Below, piece after piece: positions 62,100 to 64,000 of a DNA stretch of 64,000 nucleotides. A program made the translations under genes and the position numbers. The number at the start of each line of letters is the position of its first letter. Position 1 is the stretch's first letter. This stretch comes from Sarea resinae (lineage: Eukaryota). Below the pieces are notes generated by a model. That model did no database searches, was not told where the DNA came from, and saw nothing but the letters and a program-made list of their open reading frames with translations. Where the stretch lies: positions 124,001 to 188,000 of the forward strand of contig JAPEUD010000008.1 of the NCBI GenBank assembly GCA_026026165.1, in the 5' to 3' direction.

Positions 62100-63745
62100 A
62101 AGTATTGATTGATTGATTGATTGACTGGTTGATGGACTGATTGATTAATTGATAACACACCCATTTTCGTTCTCTCACGCACAATCTTTTTTTCCGCCTT
62201 CTATCTCTCTCTCTCTCTCTCTCTCTATCTATGCAGAAATATTCTTAGGGTCTATGTATATCATACATCAAGGAATCTCCCTTTTCGTTTTATCTTTTCA
62301 TCTTTTTTCCCTATCACACACCTACTTCCGTGTCGGCTTACTACTTATTTATGTATCTGTTGGCTTGATTCGAGTTGAGCGAGCGAGCGATGAATGAATG
62401 GATGGATGAAGGGACGGACGGACAGGCAATTTGTCTGCGATGGAGGCGATGAGATAGGTGGGGGAATGACAATGAGGATGAGATTGAGATTGAGATTACC
62501 TACCTGTGCATATCTATTTGCCTACCTAACCATCTACCCGTCTGCCTGCCTATTTGCCTACCTAACTGTCTACCCGTCTGCCTGCCTACTTGTCTGCCTG
62601 TCTTCCTGCCTGCCTGTCTACCTGTCTACCTGTCTACCTACCTACCTGTCTGCCTACCTACCTAATTACCTAACCTATACTACCTACCTACCTACATCCC
62701 TACCTACATCCCTACCCGCCTATCAAGCCAGCTACTTGCCTCTTTGTCTACTTGACCTACCAGCACGTCCCATACACGTCCAAGATCTTGATAATATATG
62801 TATATATATATATATATCCATGTCTACGCCGAACCATTCGAGATGTCAAACTCGAAGTCAAGATCACGGTCAATGTCGATATCAATGTCGATATCAATGT
62901 CAAACTCAAGTCAAGATATCAATGTCACTGTCAAGTACAGAGAAGAGAACAGAACAGGAGACTCATCAGATGCTCACGGGATCGTAATGGTTTGTGGTTT
63001 GGGGTTTGGGGTTTAGGCTCGGAGTTGGCTTTGTATCTGTATCTGATCGTGTCATGTTCCCGTTGCAATCCCGGTCTTTGGTTTTGGGTTTTGGGTTTTG
63101 GCTTTCGGTTCTGGGTTTTATCGGGAGGGCGAAATGACGGGTTGTCGGTCATGTCATGTCATGTCAATTGGTCAGTCGGTCAGTCAGTCATGTCAGTTGA
63201 GTGGAGGTGACCTCTCCCCCCCTTTCTCCCCCTCTTTCCCCCCCCCCCCTCCCCCTTCTCCACCTCCGGGGGTAGGAGAATATTAATGACAGTGAAAACG
63301 AAAATGAAAACGGAGATGGAAATGAAGATGAAAACGGCAAGAAAAAAAAAAGGCTACAATAAAGACGCACGAGAAGGTTGTCTGGTAATCTGGTAATCTG
63401 GTATCTGGTATCTTATGTCCTATATCCTGTATGCTCTATCGATGTTGAAGCGATGCGATATCCCCATCTGCACGAAAACCAAGAAAAAGCCGCCCTAGAA
63501 TTCCCGAGACAGAGAGTCGTCGTGGAAAGGGTCACCGTGCATCATCACTGTCACTGTCACCGTCACCGCCATTGCCATCGTCATCGTCATCGTCGTCATC
63601 ATCATCGACATCTTCTCTCATTCCCGCCGCCCACTATCGTACCACATGGTATGTAACATATCCCACGCAAAAAGACGAAATTTACAAGAGAACGAAAAAG
63701 ACAAGGAAAGAAAAGAAAAGAAAAGAAAAGAAAAGAAAAGAAAAG
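62100..63745. repeat. Low-complexity intergenic region: (GATT)n, (CT)n, (CCTA/CCTG)n, (TA)n, (CATCGT)n, (AAAAG)n
   Basis: Many microsatellite runs between two convergent gene ends; (AAAAG)n at ~63709-63745. Confidence 0.9.
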
Positions 63746-63765
63746 AAGAGAGTCGGGTTTTTTCG

Positions 63766-63889
63766 TTAGACGTCCAGGTGGCCGCGGCCGCGTCCAGCGT
63801 TGATCTCATCTTCGTCGTCGTCGTCGTCGTTGATGTCGCTGGTCGGCACGACGTGCAGGAGGTCTTTGGTGCGTGGGCCGGTGTATTTC
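63766..63889 (-). CDS. Terminal exon of a gene entering from the right edge, probably an amino acid permease
   Basis: CTAAC branch and AG acceptor at 63891-63890; exon reads KYTGPRTKDLLHVVPTSDINDDDDDEDEINAGRGRGHLDV*. KYTGP resembles the C-terminal end of APC permeases (compare KNFAGP in the 6893 gene). Confidence 0.55.
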
Positions 63890-64000
63890 CTTTTTTGTTG
63901 AAGAAGGGGATCGGTTAGTGTGAGATTTCGGGGGGTTGGAAGGTGAGACGGTGTTTGAAAGAGAAGAGGAGGGTGGAGAACTTTTGAGAGGAGGTCTGCG

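Noticed and set aside
62394..63210. 197-aa and 152-aa ORFs downstream of SFB3
   Set aside because: Translations of microsatellites (YLPT-type repeats); no coding character.
1..64000. tRNA, rRNA, CRISPR arrays, riboswitches
   Set aside because: None recognisable by eye; periodic sequences are simple microsatellites without unique spacers. tRNAscan-SE/Infernal would be needed to exclude small RNAs.

Overview
Eukaryotic, intron-containing DNA from a filamentous ascomycete (Pezizomycotina-type genes, GT-AG introns with CTAAC/CTGAC branch sites). Housekeeping genes: 5' end of acetyl-CoA carboxylase (ACC1), nudE, an amino-acid permease, an annexin, a divergent phosphoketolase/acetate kinase pair, a RING-ZZ-SH3 protein, an EBP/EXPERA protein, a Gac1-like PP1 targeting subunit, Sec24-family Sfb3/Lst1, and the last exon of a probable second permease. 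Two accessory-looking loci stand out. (1) A ~1230-aa secreted, Kex2-site-punctuated protein (26160-29973) has a G-C-T-x13-H motif with the Cys-His spacing of CNF1/CheD-type deamidases and sits head-to-head with an intronless ankyrin gene; this is a candidate fungal toxin/immunity-like pair. (2) A HeLo-like + pseudokinase + trypsin-like protease protein (9483-13881) carries an inserted C2H2 zinc-finger block; this is a candidate cell-death or immune protein with an integrated decoy. About 40.4-46.4 kb is decayed sequence with protease-like pseudogene remnants and a RIP-like AT-rich block. All calls come from reading motifs by eye; no searches were run.
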